Notes: generated by a model not told the origin, from the letters alone. A stretch of 63,263 nt of DNA from Saprospiraceae bacterium (GCA_043721685.1 JAYSQG010000007.1:1-63263), one strand, 5' to 3'. Counted from the stretch's first letter, positions 46,238-55,905 are shown. A program made the numbers and translations.

Positions 46238-46248
46238 GTGCGAATACT

Positions 46249-46281
46249 ATGTTCGGGGAACTTTCAAAGTTCCCCGAACAT
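46249..46281. promoter_or_regulatory. perfect 16-1-16 palindrome (operator- or RNA-hairpin-like)
   Basis: Reads atgttcggggaacttt-c-aaagttccccgaacat, between the attenuator terminator and pheA. Confidence 0.5.
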
Positions 46282-46359
46282 GAAGCAAATCAAACATCAG
46301 AAAAAAAAATAGCGTAAACCATTGATTATCAAACAGTATTCAAAAGAATCGTCAACAAC

Positions 46360-47265
46360 ATGGACTTGGATTATCAAGAAATAAAAGACAAAGAGCTTGT
46401 CGCACAAAGCAATGGACAAGCCACAAAATTGCTGAAAGTTGCCATTCAAGGCGTAGAGGGTGCTTTCCACGAAATAGCGGCAAGGCGTTTTCATAATGCA
46501 GCCGATATAGATGTCGTGCCAGCCGACACCTTCGATATTTTGATTCAGCAAGTGGAATCAGGCGAAGCAGATTCAGCAGTTATGGCGATTGAAAATACAA
46601 TTGCAGGGAGTTTGTTGCGAAATTATAATCTTTTGAATAACAGTAAGTTACGTATTCGAGGCGAAGTTTTTTTAAGGATAAAACAAAACCTAATGGCTTT
46701 GCCAGGCATCCAAATCAAAGACCTCAAAGAAGTTCACAGCCACCCCATCGCCTTGCAACAATGCGAAGAATTTTTTGATAAATATCCGCATATCCGTCTT
46801 GTAGAAGCCCATGATACGGCTTTGGTTGCCAAAGAAATTAGAGAAAAAGGTCTGAAAAAAATTGGCGCAGTCGGCTCTGTTTTGGCAGCCGAAATTTATA
46901 ATTTGAACATCCTTGCACCGAGTATTGAGACCTATAAAAAGAATTTCACTCGTTTTTTATACATCACAAAGGAAAATCATGAGGAGTCTATTATGCCCGA
47001 TTTCGATAAAGTTTCCCTTGTTTTTTCTACGAATCATACGGTTGGTAGCCTTTACAAAGCCCTTGAAGTCTTGTCGCGCAACAATTGTAATTTAACAAAA
47101 ATTCAATCTGCGCCCATTATGGATAAGCCGTGGGAGTATATGTTTTTCTTAGATTTTACATTGGGTACTTATTCTAATTATCCACAAGCGATGTTGGAAT
47201 TGCATCGTGTTGTAGGTGAGATTAAAGTGTTGGGTGAATACAGAAGCGGTGAATATTTCGAGTAG
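46360..47265 (+). CDS. pheA: prephenate dehydratase (PDT plus ACT domains)
   Basis: 301 aa with IQGVEGAFHE, AIENTIAGS and a C-terminal ACT with a TKIQSAP-type motif. Confidence 0.9.
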   Translation: MDLDYQEIKDKELVAQSNGQATKLLKVAIQGVEGAFHEIAARRFHNAADIDVVPADTFDILIQQVESGEADSAVMAIENTIAGSLLRNYNLLNNSKLRIRGEVFLRIKQNLMALPGIQIKDLKEVHSHPIALQQCEEFFDKYPHIRLVEAHDTALVAKEIREKGLKKIGAVGSVLAAEIYNLNILAPSIETYKKNFTRFLYITKENHEESIMPDFDKVSLVFSTNHTVGSLYKALEVLSRNNCNLTKIQSAPIMDKPWEYMFFLDFTLGTYSNYPQAMLELHRVVGEIKVLGEYRSGEYFE

Positions 47266-47298
47266 TTTTATTTTTAAAATATTGAATACCAATTAATT

Positions 47299-48477
47299 AT
47301 GAGCATTAAAGTTGCGAGTCGTTTAGATTCCATTCACGAATATTATTTTTCAAAAAAGCTAAAAGAAATTGCTGATTTGAATGCAGCAGGTAAAAACGTG
47401 CTGAATCTCGGTATTGGTTCGCCCGATTTGCCCCCCTCAGTACCAGCGATTGAAAAACTCGTCGAAACGGCTCGATTGCCGACAAGTCATGCCTATCAAG
47501 GTTATGTGGGCGTTTTGGCTTTGCGTGAAGCGATGTCTGTTTTTTACAAAAAACACTACGACGTTTCGCTCAATCCCGTGAATGAAATATTGCCTTTGTT
47601 GGGTTCAAAAGAAGGCATTATGCACATCTGTATGACCTATTTGGAGACAGGCGACGAAGCATTATTGCCCAATCCAGGCTATCCAACCTACCGTGCAGCC
47701 GTCACTTTGGCAGGTGCAAAATGTGTGGATTACAACTTGACAGAAACAAACGGTTGGTTGCCCGACCTTGAAAAATTGGCGAAACAGGACTTGTCAAAAG
47801 TCAAATTGATGTTCGTCAATTATCCGCACATGCCGACAGGCGCACAAGGCACAAAAGCCTTTTTTGAAGAACTCGTGGCTTTCGCAAAACAGCATAATAT
47901 ATTGGTTATCAATGATAATCCGTATAGTTTTATTTTGAATGACCACCCCCTCAGTATTTTGTCGGTTGATGGCGCAAAAGACATTGTATTAGAATTAAAT
48001 TCGCTATCAAAAAGCCATAATATGGCAGGTTGGCGTGTGGGTCTATTGGCAGGCAAAGCCGAATTTTTAAACGATGTTTTGCGTTTCAAATCGAATATGG
48101 ATTCGGGTATGTTCCTACCTGTTCAAATTGCCGCTATCGAAGCCTTGAAAGCGGATAAGGAATGGTATTTAGATTTGAATGATGAATATCGTCGTCGTCA
48201 GCAAAAGGTATTTGTGCTGTTAAGTTTGTTGGGTTGCACTTTCGATGAACGTCAAACGGGTATGTTCGTTTGGGCAAAAATACCCCCTCAGTACAAGACA
48301 GGTTTTGAGCTGTCAGATGAGATTTTGCATGGTGCAAATGTCTTTATAACGCCTGGTGGCATTTTTGGGAATCAAGGCGATGGGTATATTCGGTCGTCGT
48401 TGTGTGCGCGGGAGTCGGTTTTTGAGGAGGCGATTGAGCGAGTAAAAGTGTTTCATAAACAATTGATTGTCAAATAA
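47299..48477 (+). CDS. class I/II pyridoxal-phosphate aminotransferase
   Basis: 392 aa with NPGYPTY, and a NSLSKSHNMAGWRVG PLP-lysine block. Its position in the operon suggests an aromatic or prephenate aminotransferase. Confidence 0.85.
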   Translation: MSIKVASRLDSIHEYYFSKKLKEIADLNAAGKNVLNLGIGSPDLPPSVPAIEKLVETARLPTSHAYQGYVGVLALREAMSVFYKKHYDVSLNPVNEILPLLGSKEGIMHICMTYLETGDEALLPNPGYPTYRAAVTLAGAKCVDYNLTETNGWLPDLEKLAKQDLSKVKLMFVNYPHMPTGAQGTKAFFEELVAFAKQHNILVINDNPYSFILNDHPLSILSVDGAKDIVLELNSLSKSHNMAGWRVGLLAGKAEFLNDVLRFKSNMDSGMFLPVQIAAIEALKADKEWYLDLNDEYRRRQQKVFVLLSLLGCTFDERQTGMFVWAKIPPQYKTGFELSDEILHGANVFITPGGIFGNQGDGYIRSSLCARESVFEEAIERVKVFHKQLIVK

Positions 48478-48483
48478 TAAAGT

Positions 48484-49323
48484 ATGATAGTTAGTATAGT
48501 CGGTATTGGTCTCATCGGCGGTTCAATCGCAATTGGTCTCTACGAATCGGGTTTTGCAACCGAAATAATTGGTGTCGAAGCATCAGCAGAACATGCTCAA
48601 AAAGCATTGGATTTAGGTTTGGTTAACCGCATTTTACCACTTGACGAAGCGATTGCAGCGAGCGATATTGTCATCGTCGCAACGCCTGTGAACAGTTTGA
48701 CGACTTTGCTGCCGCATATTTTGGACAAAGTGGATAAGCAAATTGTGATGGATGTCGGTTCTACGAAAGTCAATATCATGGAAGCGGTACGGTCGCACCC
48801 AAAACGTGCCAATTTTATTGCGACACACCCGATGGCAGGAACGGAATTTTCAGGACCACAAGCCGCTGTGCAGAAGTTGTTTGAAGATAAAGTGTGTGTT
48901 TTGTGCGATATTGAACAAAGCAGTGAAGAAGCACGCAATACAGCAGAAGCAATGTATAAGTCGTTGAAAATGAACACACTGTATATGAACGCAGAAAGCC
49001 ATGACGTGCATACGGCTTATGTGAGTCATATTTCACACATATCGAGTTTCGCTTTGGCTTTAACCGTTTTGGAAAAGGAGCACGACGAAAATGCCATTTT
49101 CAACTTAGCAAGCGGTGGTTTTCGCTCATCTGTGCGTTTGGCAAAATCGAATCCAGAGACATGGATTCCGATTTTTGAACAAAACCGCGACAATGTTTTG
49201 GACGTTTTGGACGAGCACATACATATATTGAGTACGATGCGGTCGCATTTGATAAAACGCCGTTTTACTGATTTTTACGCCATGATTGAAAAGGCGAATG
49301 ATATTAAGCGGATTTTGAAGTGA
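48484..49323 (+). CDS. tyrA: prephenate dehydrogenase
   Basis: 279 aa with the Rossmann start IVGIGLIGGS and the HPMAGTE active-site block. Confidence 0.88.
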   Translation: MIVSIVGIGLIGGSIAIGLYESGFATEIIGVEASAEHAQKALDLGLVNRILPLDEAIAASDIVIVATPVNSLTTLLPHILDKVDKQIVMDVGSTKVNIMEAVRSHPKRANFIATHPMAGTEFSGPQAAVQKLFEDKVCVLCDIEQSSEEARNTAEAMYKSLKMNTLYMNAESHDVHTAYVSHISHISSFALALTVLEKEHDENAIFNLASGGFRSSVRLAKSNPETWIPIFEQNRDNVLDVLDEHIHILSTMRSHLIKRRFTDFYAMIEKANDIKRILK

Positions 49324-49325
49324 GA

Positions 49326-49356
49326 TACTGTCCGAATGGACTCCTTCGGTGAGGGG
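49326..49356 (+). repeat. TACTGAGGGG motif split by a 19-nt imperfect palindrome
   Basis: Reads TACTG-tccgaatggactccttcgg-TGAGGGG and begins 3 nt after the tyrA stop. Confidence 0.85.
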
Positions 49357-49538
49357 ACGTTGGCAATCGGATTTTTGGAAAAATTGGATTTTCAAAAGAA
49401 GGGGAATATGCCTAAATTGCGAGCCTTTTTAAACAAAAATAAGGGAAAATAAAGCATTTATACAAAGGGGTTAAAACGAAGCAATAACAATTTTTAAAAT
49501 ATAGCAATCAGTTTTTTATCAAAAAAAAGAAAAAAATC

Positions 49539-50645
49539 ATGGATTTAAAACCTTTTTTAGAAGTACAGACAAAACGCCCGTTCCTCATCGCAGGACCTTG
49601 TTCGGCAGAGACCGAAGGGCAAGTTATGAGTATCGCACGCGATTTGGCGGCACAAGGCAATGTTGACCTTTTCCGCAGTGGCATCTGGAAACCGCGTACA
49701 CGTCCGGGTATGTTTGAAGGCGTAGGCAGCGAAGGCTTGAAATGGCTTAAACGCGTCAAAGAAGAGACAGGTTTGCGCACGACGGTGGAAGTTGCGAATG
49801 CACACCACGTCTATGAAGCCTTGAAATTTGGCGTTGACGTATTGTGGATTGGCGCACGGACGACGGTAAACCCGTTTTCAGTGCAGGAAATCGCTGATGC
49901 TTTGCGTGGCGTTGACATTCCTGTGATGATTAAAAACCCAATTAATCCCGATTTGGAATTGTGGTTGGGTGCTTTTGAACGCTTGAACAAAGTGGGTATT
50001 ACACGTATGGCAGCGATTCACCGTGGCTTTTCATCGGCTGCAAAAACGCAGTACCGCAATGTGCCACATTGGGACATTGCGATTGAATTGATGCGTCGTT
50101 TGCCCAATTTGCCTGTTATTGGCGACAATTCACACATTTGTGGCAACCGTCACATGTTGGCAGAAGTGGCGCAAGAAATGATGGATTTGAACTTTGATGG
50201 TTTGATTACAGAAGTTCACTGCAATCCTGACGAAGCGTGGTCTGATGCTAAACAGCAAATCACACCACCTGTTTATAAAGAATTGATTGATAATTTGGTG
50301 TTGCGTGCAGAAAAAGACGCGGGTTTCTTGAACTCAATCGAGTCTTTGCGTGTACGTATTGACGAAGTAGATAACGAATTGTTGACTTTGCTTGGTAAAC
50401 GTATGCAGTTTGCAGAAGAGATTGGAGATTACAAAAAGCGTAATAGTATTGCTATATTACAAACCAGCCGTTGGAACGAGATTTTGAATTCAGCTGTTCA
50501 AAAAGGTCGTCAACAGGGTTTGAGCGATGAGTTTGTTATTCAGTTGTTGACAGCGATTCACCAGGAGTCTATTCGTCACCAAACTTTGGTGATGAATGCA
50601 CATGATGAAAAAGTAGCTGAAACATCTTTGGCAACAGCGAAGTAA
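49539..50645 (+). CDS. bifunctional 3-deoxy-7-phosphoheptulonate synthase (KDO8PS-like class I-beta) / chorismate mutase
   Basis: 368 aa. The N-terminal DAHPS has GPCSAE and KPRT motifs. The C-terminal ~90 aa form an AroQ-type CM (RIDEVDNELLTLLGKR...). Confidence 0.88.
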   Translation: MDLKPFLEVQTKRPFLIAGPCSAETEGQVMSIARDLAAQGNVDLFRSGIWKPRTRPGMFEGVGSEGLKWLKRVKEETGLRTTVEVANAHHVYEALKFGVDVLWIGARTTVNPFSVQEIADALRGVDIPVMIKNPINPDLELWLGAFERLNKVGITRMAAIHRGFSSAAKTQYRNVPHWDIAIELMRRLPNLPVIGDNSHICGNRHMLAEVAQEMMDLNFDGLITEVHCNPDEAWSDAKQQITPPVYKELIDNLVLRAEKDAGFLNSIESLRVRIDEVDNELLTLLGKRMQFAEEIGDYKKRNSIAILQTSRWNEILNSAVQKGRQQGLSDEFVIQLLTAIHQESIRHQTLVMNAHDEKVAETSLATAK

Positions 50646-50670
50646 TATTGTTGTCAAATAGCATATCAAG

Positions 50671-50735
50671 GGCAAAAGACACCCCTCAGTATCGAGCAAT
50701 CGTTGGGGTGTTTTTTGCCTTTTTTATTTTTTTTA
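50671..50735 (+). terminator. intrinsic terminator whose 5' arm contains a CCCCTCAGTA copy
   Basis: A 15-bp stem (ggcaaaagacacccc / ggggtgttttttgcc, one mismatch) followed by a T-rich run. Confidence 0.7.
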
Positions 50736-50978
50736 AGAAGGAAATACCTTGTTTATGGTATTTTTAAAAAAATAATAGGAAAAAAAGAAGTTTAAATAGA
50801 TGGAAAATTGCAATTATTTTTCACAATGCCATATTCTTGTAGGTTAATTTTATGTTGATAGTCAATTGTTTATGACTTAAAAATGCATAAATTTAACTAA
50901 AAATAAATAGAACAATGCCCTTAAAATGTCTTTGGCAGAACAGAAAAGGAATCTCATCTTTGTAACATGTTCAAGGAT

Positions 50979-51185
50979 ATGTTCATGGGATTATTCTTTT
51001 TGCTGTCGCCAGCAAGCCGTAGTTCATTCAAATTTCAGTAGCAAAGCAAAACAAACGTAGTTTTCGGCGAAATGCCACAATGAGAAAACTATACAGACAC
51101 TATGGAGCGTCCTCATTATCGGTGGGGATACTAACATGGATAATTTAAAACAAACACCTACGGCTTGCTGATGGCGATTTTTTTT
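50979..51185 (+). ncRNA. candidate structured small RNA (copy 1 of the ATGTTCATGGGATTAT family)
   Basis: The 16-mer box lies at 50979-50994. A long-range 17-bp helix pairs 51006-51022 with 51158-77 (with a 3-nt bulge) and encloses about 135 nt. It is followed by T8 at 51178-51185. Confidence 0.4.
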
Positions 51186-51299
51186 GAAACAAAGTGACGA
51201 TTAGAGAAAACAACACTCGAACAAACATTAGAAAAACATAAAAAATACTTCTGTTTTGTCGTTAAAAAATTAATAAATTCGGTTTACGAGTTAAGAAAT

Positions 51300-51358
51300 A
51301 TGTTCATGGGATTATAATTTGTTGTGGCGGGCTTTGCATGGATGCAGCCCGTTTTTTT
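51300..51358 (+). ncRNA. candidate small RNA / terminator-capped module (copy 2)
   Basis: Reads ATGTTCATGGGATTATAATTTGTTGTGG, then the hairpin cgggc...gcccg (51328-51351), then T7. Confidence 0.45.
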
Positions 51359-51502
51359 ATGCCCAAAACGGTGTTTGCACCCTTGCAATTGCCAATGTTT
51401 TTAAGAATTGAAGCCTTTGAGTGAAGTAAATATTGTAATTTTACCCTTTCTGGACTCGTTGATACTGAGGGGTTAAAAAACAAAGGAAATTTGACAAGAA
51501 TT

Positions 51503-53443
51503 ATGGCTGATATTATACAACTACTACCAGACTCTATTGCCAACCAAATTGCTGCGGGTGAAGTGATACAACGTCCAGCCTCTGCAGTCAAGGAACTTTT
51601 GGAAAATGCGATAGATGCGGGGGCAAGTTCCATAAAATTGATACTGAAAGATGCGGGGAAAACCTTGATACAGGTCATTGACGATGGTTGTGGTATGTCT
51701 GAAACCGATGCACGTATGAGTTTTGAACGCCATGCCACATCGAAAATTAGAACTTCTGAAGATTTGTTCAATATTCGTACTATGGGTTTTCGGGGCGAGG
51801 CTTTAGCTTCAATTGCTTCTATTGCCCAAGTAGAACTGCGCACACATAGGCGGACAGATGAATTAGGAACTAAAATTGTTATAGAAGGCTTTGAATTGAA
51901 AATACAAGAACCTTGTCAGACGCCTGCTGGGACGAATTTTCAAATCAAAAACTTGTTTTATAATGTGCCTGCAAGACGTAATTTCTTAAAATCCAATACA
52001 GTAGAGATGCGACATATTCTTGATGAGTTCGAGCGCGTTGCGATTGCTAACTCCTCAGTATTTATGTCGTTACACCACAACGGAACAGAGATTTTTCATC
52101 TACCGGCGGGCAATTTACGTCAACGTTTAGTCGGTGTTTTTGGAAAAGATACGAACAAAAAACTAGTGCCTGTTGGTGAAGAAACCGATGTTGTGAACCT
52201 ATCTGGCTTCGTTGGAAAGCCCGAATTTGCTAAGAAAACACGTGGTGAGCAGTTCTTTTTTGTCAACAATCGTTTTATCAAAAGCCCATATTTGCATCAT
52301 GCTGTTCAAGCCGCTTTTGAAGATGTGGCGGCAAAGGATTCTTATCCGATGTATTTTATTTTCATTGAAATAGACCCTGCACGGATTGATATCAATGTTC
52401 ATCCGACGAAACAGGAAATAAAATTTGAAGATGAACGTCTGGTCTATAACTATCTGAAAGTCGCTATTCGTCATGCTTTGGGGCAAAATGCGGTAACACC
52501 GATGCTTGATTTTGACAATGAGGCGGGAATGATGAGCAATTATGTGATACCACGCGGCGGTGTTCGCAGCAATTTGTTGACAGGTGAGACATATACACCT
52601 TCGCCAACGGTTTCAAGTCAATTTGAAAAAGTGAAAAATGATTTGAATTTTAAGAAACCATCCAGTTTAGAAAAGTCAAATCTCGAAAATTGGCAAACTT
52701 TATACGATGGTATCAGTTTTAAAACAGAAGAAATCGTAGAAGAAGAATCGGGCGAGACGTTTGATGCAGACAGCGAGTTTTCTTTTTCGATGAATATGTC
52801 AACCGTTGAAAGTAATTTTGACGAATCGGAACACGCGCCAGAACTCGATGATACTGAGAGGTCGTTTTCAAGTCCACATCGTGAGCCGTATCAGATTCAC
52901 AGTATGTATATTGTGAATCATTTGAAATCGGGATTTATCCTTCTTGACCAACAAGCGGCAAGCGAACGGGTGCTTTATGAGCGTTATTTGATGCAATTGG
53001 CTGAAAAACAAGTGTCTTCGCAAGCACAACTTTTTCCAAAAACAGTTTATTTTTCACCCAATGATGCCGTAATATTGCGTGAAATACTGCCTGAAATCAA
53101 TAAATTAGGTTTTGATATTCAGGAATTTGGCGGCGAAAGTTTCATCGTTCATGGATTGCCAAACGATTGGCAAGGAGAAAAAGATGAACAAAAAGTGATT
53201 GAAAAACTGTTGGAACAATATAAAATCGAGATCAATATGAAGCTCGATATAGATGAACGCATTGCGGCAAGTATGGCGCGGTCGGCAGCTATCAAACGCG
53301 GCACCCCCCTCAGTATTCAAGAGATGCAAGAACTGATTGACCAACTTTTTGCGTGTGCCATGCCGTTTAAAAGCCCTTCGGGACGCAATTGTTTTATTAC
53401 CTTTGATTTGGAAGCGCTGCAACAACAGTTTTTAAGTCAATAA
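51503..53443 (+). CDS. mutL: DNA mismatch repair protein MutL
   Basis: Start moved to ATG 51503 (MADIIQLLPDSIANQIAAGEV). The GHKL ATPase motifs and a C-terminal dimerisation domain are present. Confidence 0.95.
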   Translation: MADIIQLLPDSIANQIAAGEVIQRPASAVKELLENAIDAGASSIKLILKDAGKTLIQVIDDGCGMSETDARMSFERHATSKIRTSEDLFNIRTMGFRGEALASIASIAQVELRTHRRTDELGTKIVIEGFELKIQEPCQTPAGTNFQIKNLFYNVPARRNFLKSNTVEMRHILDEFERVAIANSSVFMSLHHNGTEIFHLPAGNLRQRLVGVFGKDTNKKLVPVGEETDVVNLSGFVGKPEFAKKTRGEQFFFVNNRFIKSPYLHHAVQAAFEDVAAKDSYPMYFIFIEIDPARIDINVHPTKQEIKFEDERLVYNYLKVAIRHALGQNAVTPMLDFDNEAGMMSNYVIPRGGVRSNLLTGETYTPSPTVSSQFEKVKNDLNFKKPSSLEKSNLENWQTLYDGISFKTEEIVEEESGETFDADSEFSFSMNMSTVESNFDESEHAPELDDTERSFSSPHREPYQIHSMYIVNHLKSGFILLDQQAASERVLYERYLMQLAEKQVSSQAQLFPKTVYFSPNDAVILREILPEINKLGFDIQEFGGESFIVHGLPNDWQGEKDEQKVIEKLLEQYKIEINMKLDIDERIAASMARSAAIKRGTPLSIQEMQELIDQLFACAMPFKSPSGRNCFITFDLEALQQQFLSQ

Positions 53444-53458
53444 ATAATTGTAAATCAA

Positions 53459-53980
53459 ATGATTATGAGAAAGATAATACTTGGTTTGGCTGTCAGTTTA
53501 GACAGCTATATTGAAGGACCAAATGGCGAATACGATTGGTGTTTCACAGATCAGGATTATGGCATGGCTGATTTTTTTAAGCGAATTGATACTATTTTTG
53601 TCGGTCGAAAAACCTACGAAATGTCGCTCGGATTGGAAAATGGCATTGACGGTTTTCCTAAGATGAAAGAGTATGTTTTCTCAAATACGCTCGATGTTGT
53701 TCCGACTGGAAAAACTCTTATTCGAGGCAATATTGAAAAACAAGTGCAACAAATAAAACAAGAAGAAGGTAAAGATATTTGGCTTTTTGGCGGTGCTGAA
53801 TTGACGACTGCGTTGATGAATTTGGGACTTGTTGATGAGCTTTGGCTGTCTGTTCATCCGATTCTTTTAGGTAGTGGAAAACTATTATTTGTTAATATAA
53901 AGGACAGAACACTGTTGACACATTTAGAAACGAAGACCTACTCGACTGGTTTAGTATCGTTAAAATATAAACTAAATTAA
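53459..53980 (+). CDS. dihydrofolate-reductase-like (RibD C-terminal domain) family protein
   Basis: 173 aa with the patterns LAVSLDSYIEGPNGEYDW and FGGAELTTALMNLGLVDE. Confidence 0.75.
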   Translation: MIMRKIILGLAVSLDSYIEGPNGEYDWCFTDQDYGMADFFKRIDTIFVGRKTYEMSLGLENGIDGFPKMKEYVFSNTLDVVPTGKTLIRGNIEKQVQQIKQEEGKDIWLFGGAELTTALMNLGLVDELWLSVHPILLGSGKLLFVNIKDRTLLTHLETKTYSTGLVSLKYKLN

Positions 53981-54033
53981 TCAATAAATTTTTATAAAAT
54001 ATTGATTTATAATAATTTACAATTACTGTTAAA

Positions 54034-54663
54034 ATGAATTTAAACTTAACCGATGTTGTCAAAAAGCTTTTGCTTATCAATATCATTGTCTTTGCGGCAG
54101 CATCTTTTATTTTACCTCCTGAGATTACAAACAAGTGGTTAGCCGTTTATTATCCAACCTCTGAATATTTTCAACCCGTTCAGTTGATTACATATATGTT
54201 CATGCACGGTAGCTTGATGCATCTATTTTTCAATATGTTTGGTCTTTATATGTTTGGACCACCAATTGAATACAATTGGGGACCGAAACGGTTTTTATTT
54301 TATTATTTGGTCGCTGGTTTTGGGGCATTGGTTTTAGATTTTGCTGTCAAATATTACCAAATTAATTACATGGGTTATCCGCCTGAAATTGTAGATATCC
54401 CGATGGTGGGCGCTTCGGGCGCGATTTTTGGTTTATTAGCTGCATTTGGGATGTTGTATCCTAACAATATCATACAATTGCTTTTTCCACCGATACCTAT
54501 GAAAGCAAAATATTTTGTTTTGGTATATGCTGGTTTAGAACTATATTTGGGCATAAGCGGCAGGCAGGCGGGTGTGGCGCATTTTGCACATATAGGCGGG
54601 GCATTATTTGGGTTTTTACTCATTGTCTATTGGCGCAATGGCGGAAAGGTTGGAAAATATTAA
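54034..54663 (+). CDS. rhomboid family intramembrane serine protease
   Basis: 209 aa with HGSLMHLFFNM, the catalytic GASGAIFG, and AHIGGALFG. Confidence 0.85.
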   Translation: MNLNLTDVVKKLLLINIIVFAAASFILPPEITNKWLAVYYPTSEYFQPVQLITYMFMHGSLMHLFFNMFGLYMFGPPIEYNWGPKRFLFYYLVAGFGALVLDFAVKYYQINYMGYPPEIVDIPMVGASGAIFGLLAAFGMLYPNNIIQLLFPPIPMKAKYFVLVYAGLELYLGISGRQAGVAHFAHIGGALFGFLLIVYWRNGGKVGKY

Positions 54664-54821
54664 CCCTGAAAATCGAAGATTCCATAGGAAGGGGGTGTTT
54701 TGGGGTGATAATGAAGTAAGTAAAGCAAATCGTAAATATTAGTAATTTCATATTTTAAGGTTCCATACTGAGGGGTGTTTCCTTACTGGAATTCTCAATT
54801 TTTAAATTTTCAAATAAAAAA

Positions 54822-55790
54822 ATGTTTCAGTCAATTTGGGATGATGTCAAACGGGAGTTTCAATATGGCAATATGGTCACACGGATTATAGTTGTCAATA
54901 TTGCTATATGGATTGTTGTCAACATTGCTAAACTCATCTTGCGTATTCCGACCGAAGATGCGGCTATGTATGATGATTTTCTGCGTTTTTTTTCAATGTC
55001 GCCGAATTGGATGTTTATATTAATGCACCCTTGGGTGCTCATAACGTCAATTTTTTTACATGAAAGTTTTGGGCATATCCTTTGGAATATGTTGACTTTC
55101 TACTGGTTTGGGCGTATTGTCGGCGATTTATTGGGCAATCATCGGGTCTTGCCGCTGTATTTACTCGGCGGTTTAGCTGGTGGGGCGGTCTATTTTATTG
55201 CTGCACAATTTCATGTATTGGGTTTGGGTTTACCGAGCGAAATGGTTCTAGGTGCATCGGCAGCTGTGATGGCGATGGTCGCCTGTGCGGCTTATATTGC
55301 TCCTGATTATATATTTAACTTATTACTTATCGGGCCTGTTAGGTTGAAATATATTGCCTTTGTTTTGTTTTTTCTCGACCTCATCAGCATTGCAGATAGG
55401 TCAAATACTGGGGGGCATTTAGCGCATTTGGGCGGTGCGGCTTTCGGTTTGTTTTTTGCGGCGCAACTACGAGAAGGTACAGATTTGGGCAAGCCGATTA
55501 ATCGCTTCATTGATTTTTTAATTAATTTGTTTAATAGTCGGCCAAAGTCAAAGTTTACTTATCAACGTGGCGGTGGTGGACAAAAAGCCTATTCAGGTCA
55601 GCAGAAATCACAGCCCAAAAAGACTACACAAGGTAGTCAAACCTCCGATTTAGCTAAAAAAACAACTGATGCCGGTGTTTCCGACGAGCAGGCACGCCTC
55701 GATGCGATTCTCGATAAAATCAAACAAGATGGTTATGACAGTTTAACCAAAGAAGAAAAAGAATTCCTTTTCAAAGCCAGTCAAAAATAA
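54822..55790 (+). CDS. rhomboid family intramembrane serine protease with a basic C-terminal tail
   Basis: 322 aa with HESFGHILWNM, GASAAVMA and AHLGGAAFG. Confidence 0.85.
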   Translation: MFQSIWDDVKREFQYGNMVTRIIVVNIAIWIVVNIAKLILRIPTEDAAMYDDFLRFFSMSPNWMFILMHPWVLITSIFLHESFGHILWNMLTFYWFGRIVGDLLGNHRVLPLYLLGGLAGGAVYFIAAQFHVLGLGLPSEMVLGASAAVMAMVACAAYIAPDYIFNLLLIGPVRLKYIAFVLFFLDLISIADRSNTGGHLAHLGGAAFGLFFAAQLREGTDLGKPINRFIDFLINLFNSRPKSKFTYQRGGGGQKAYSGQQKSQPKKTTQGSQTSDLAKKTTDAGVSDEQARLDAILDKIKQDGYDSLTKEEKEFLFKASQK

Positions 55791-55886
55791 AAGGCAATTT
55801 GCAAAAGGCAAAAGAGACGTAACGATTATTGAAGTTTGCTTTTTGTCTTTTGTTTCTTGCTGTTTGTAAATTACAAATTGCCTTTT
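55789..55886. repeat. inverted repeat / word-rich hairpin after the second rhomboid gene
   Basis: aaaaggcaatttg (55789-55801) pairs with caaattgcctttt (55874-55886). The interior is rich in caaaagg/cttttg words. Confidence 0.5.
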
Positions 55887-55905
55887 GTAAATTGCTACTT
55901 TCAAC

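Noticed and set aside
51304-51843. A 179-aa ORF lies antisense to the mutL 5' end and runs across the sRNA-like module.
   Set aside because: It is antisense to the strongly conserved MutL ATPase domain, and its upstream part covers a terminator hairpin.
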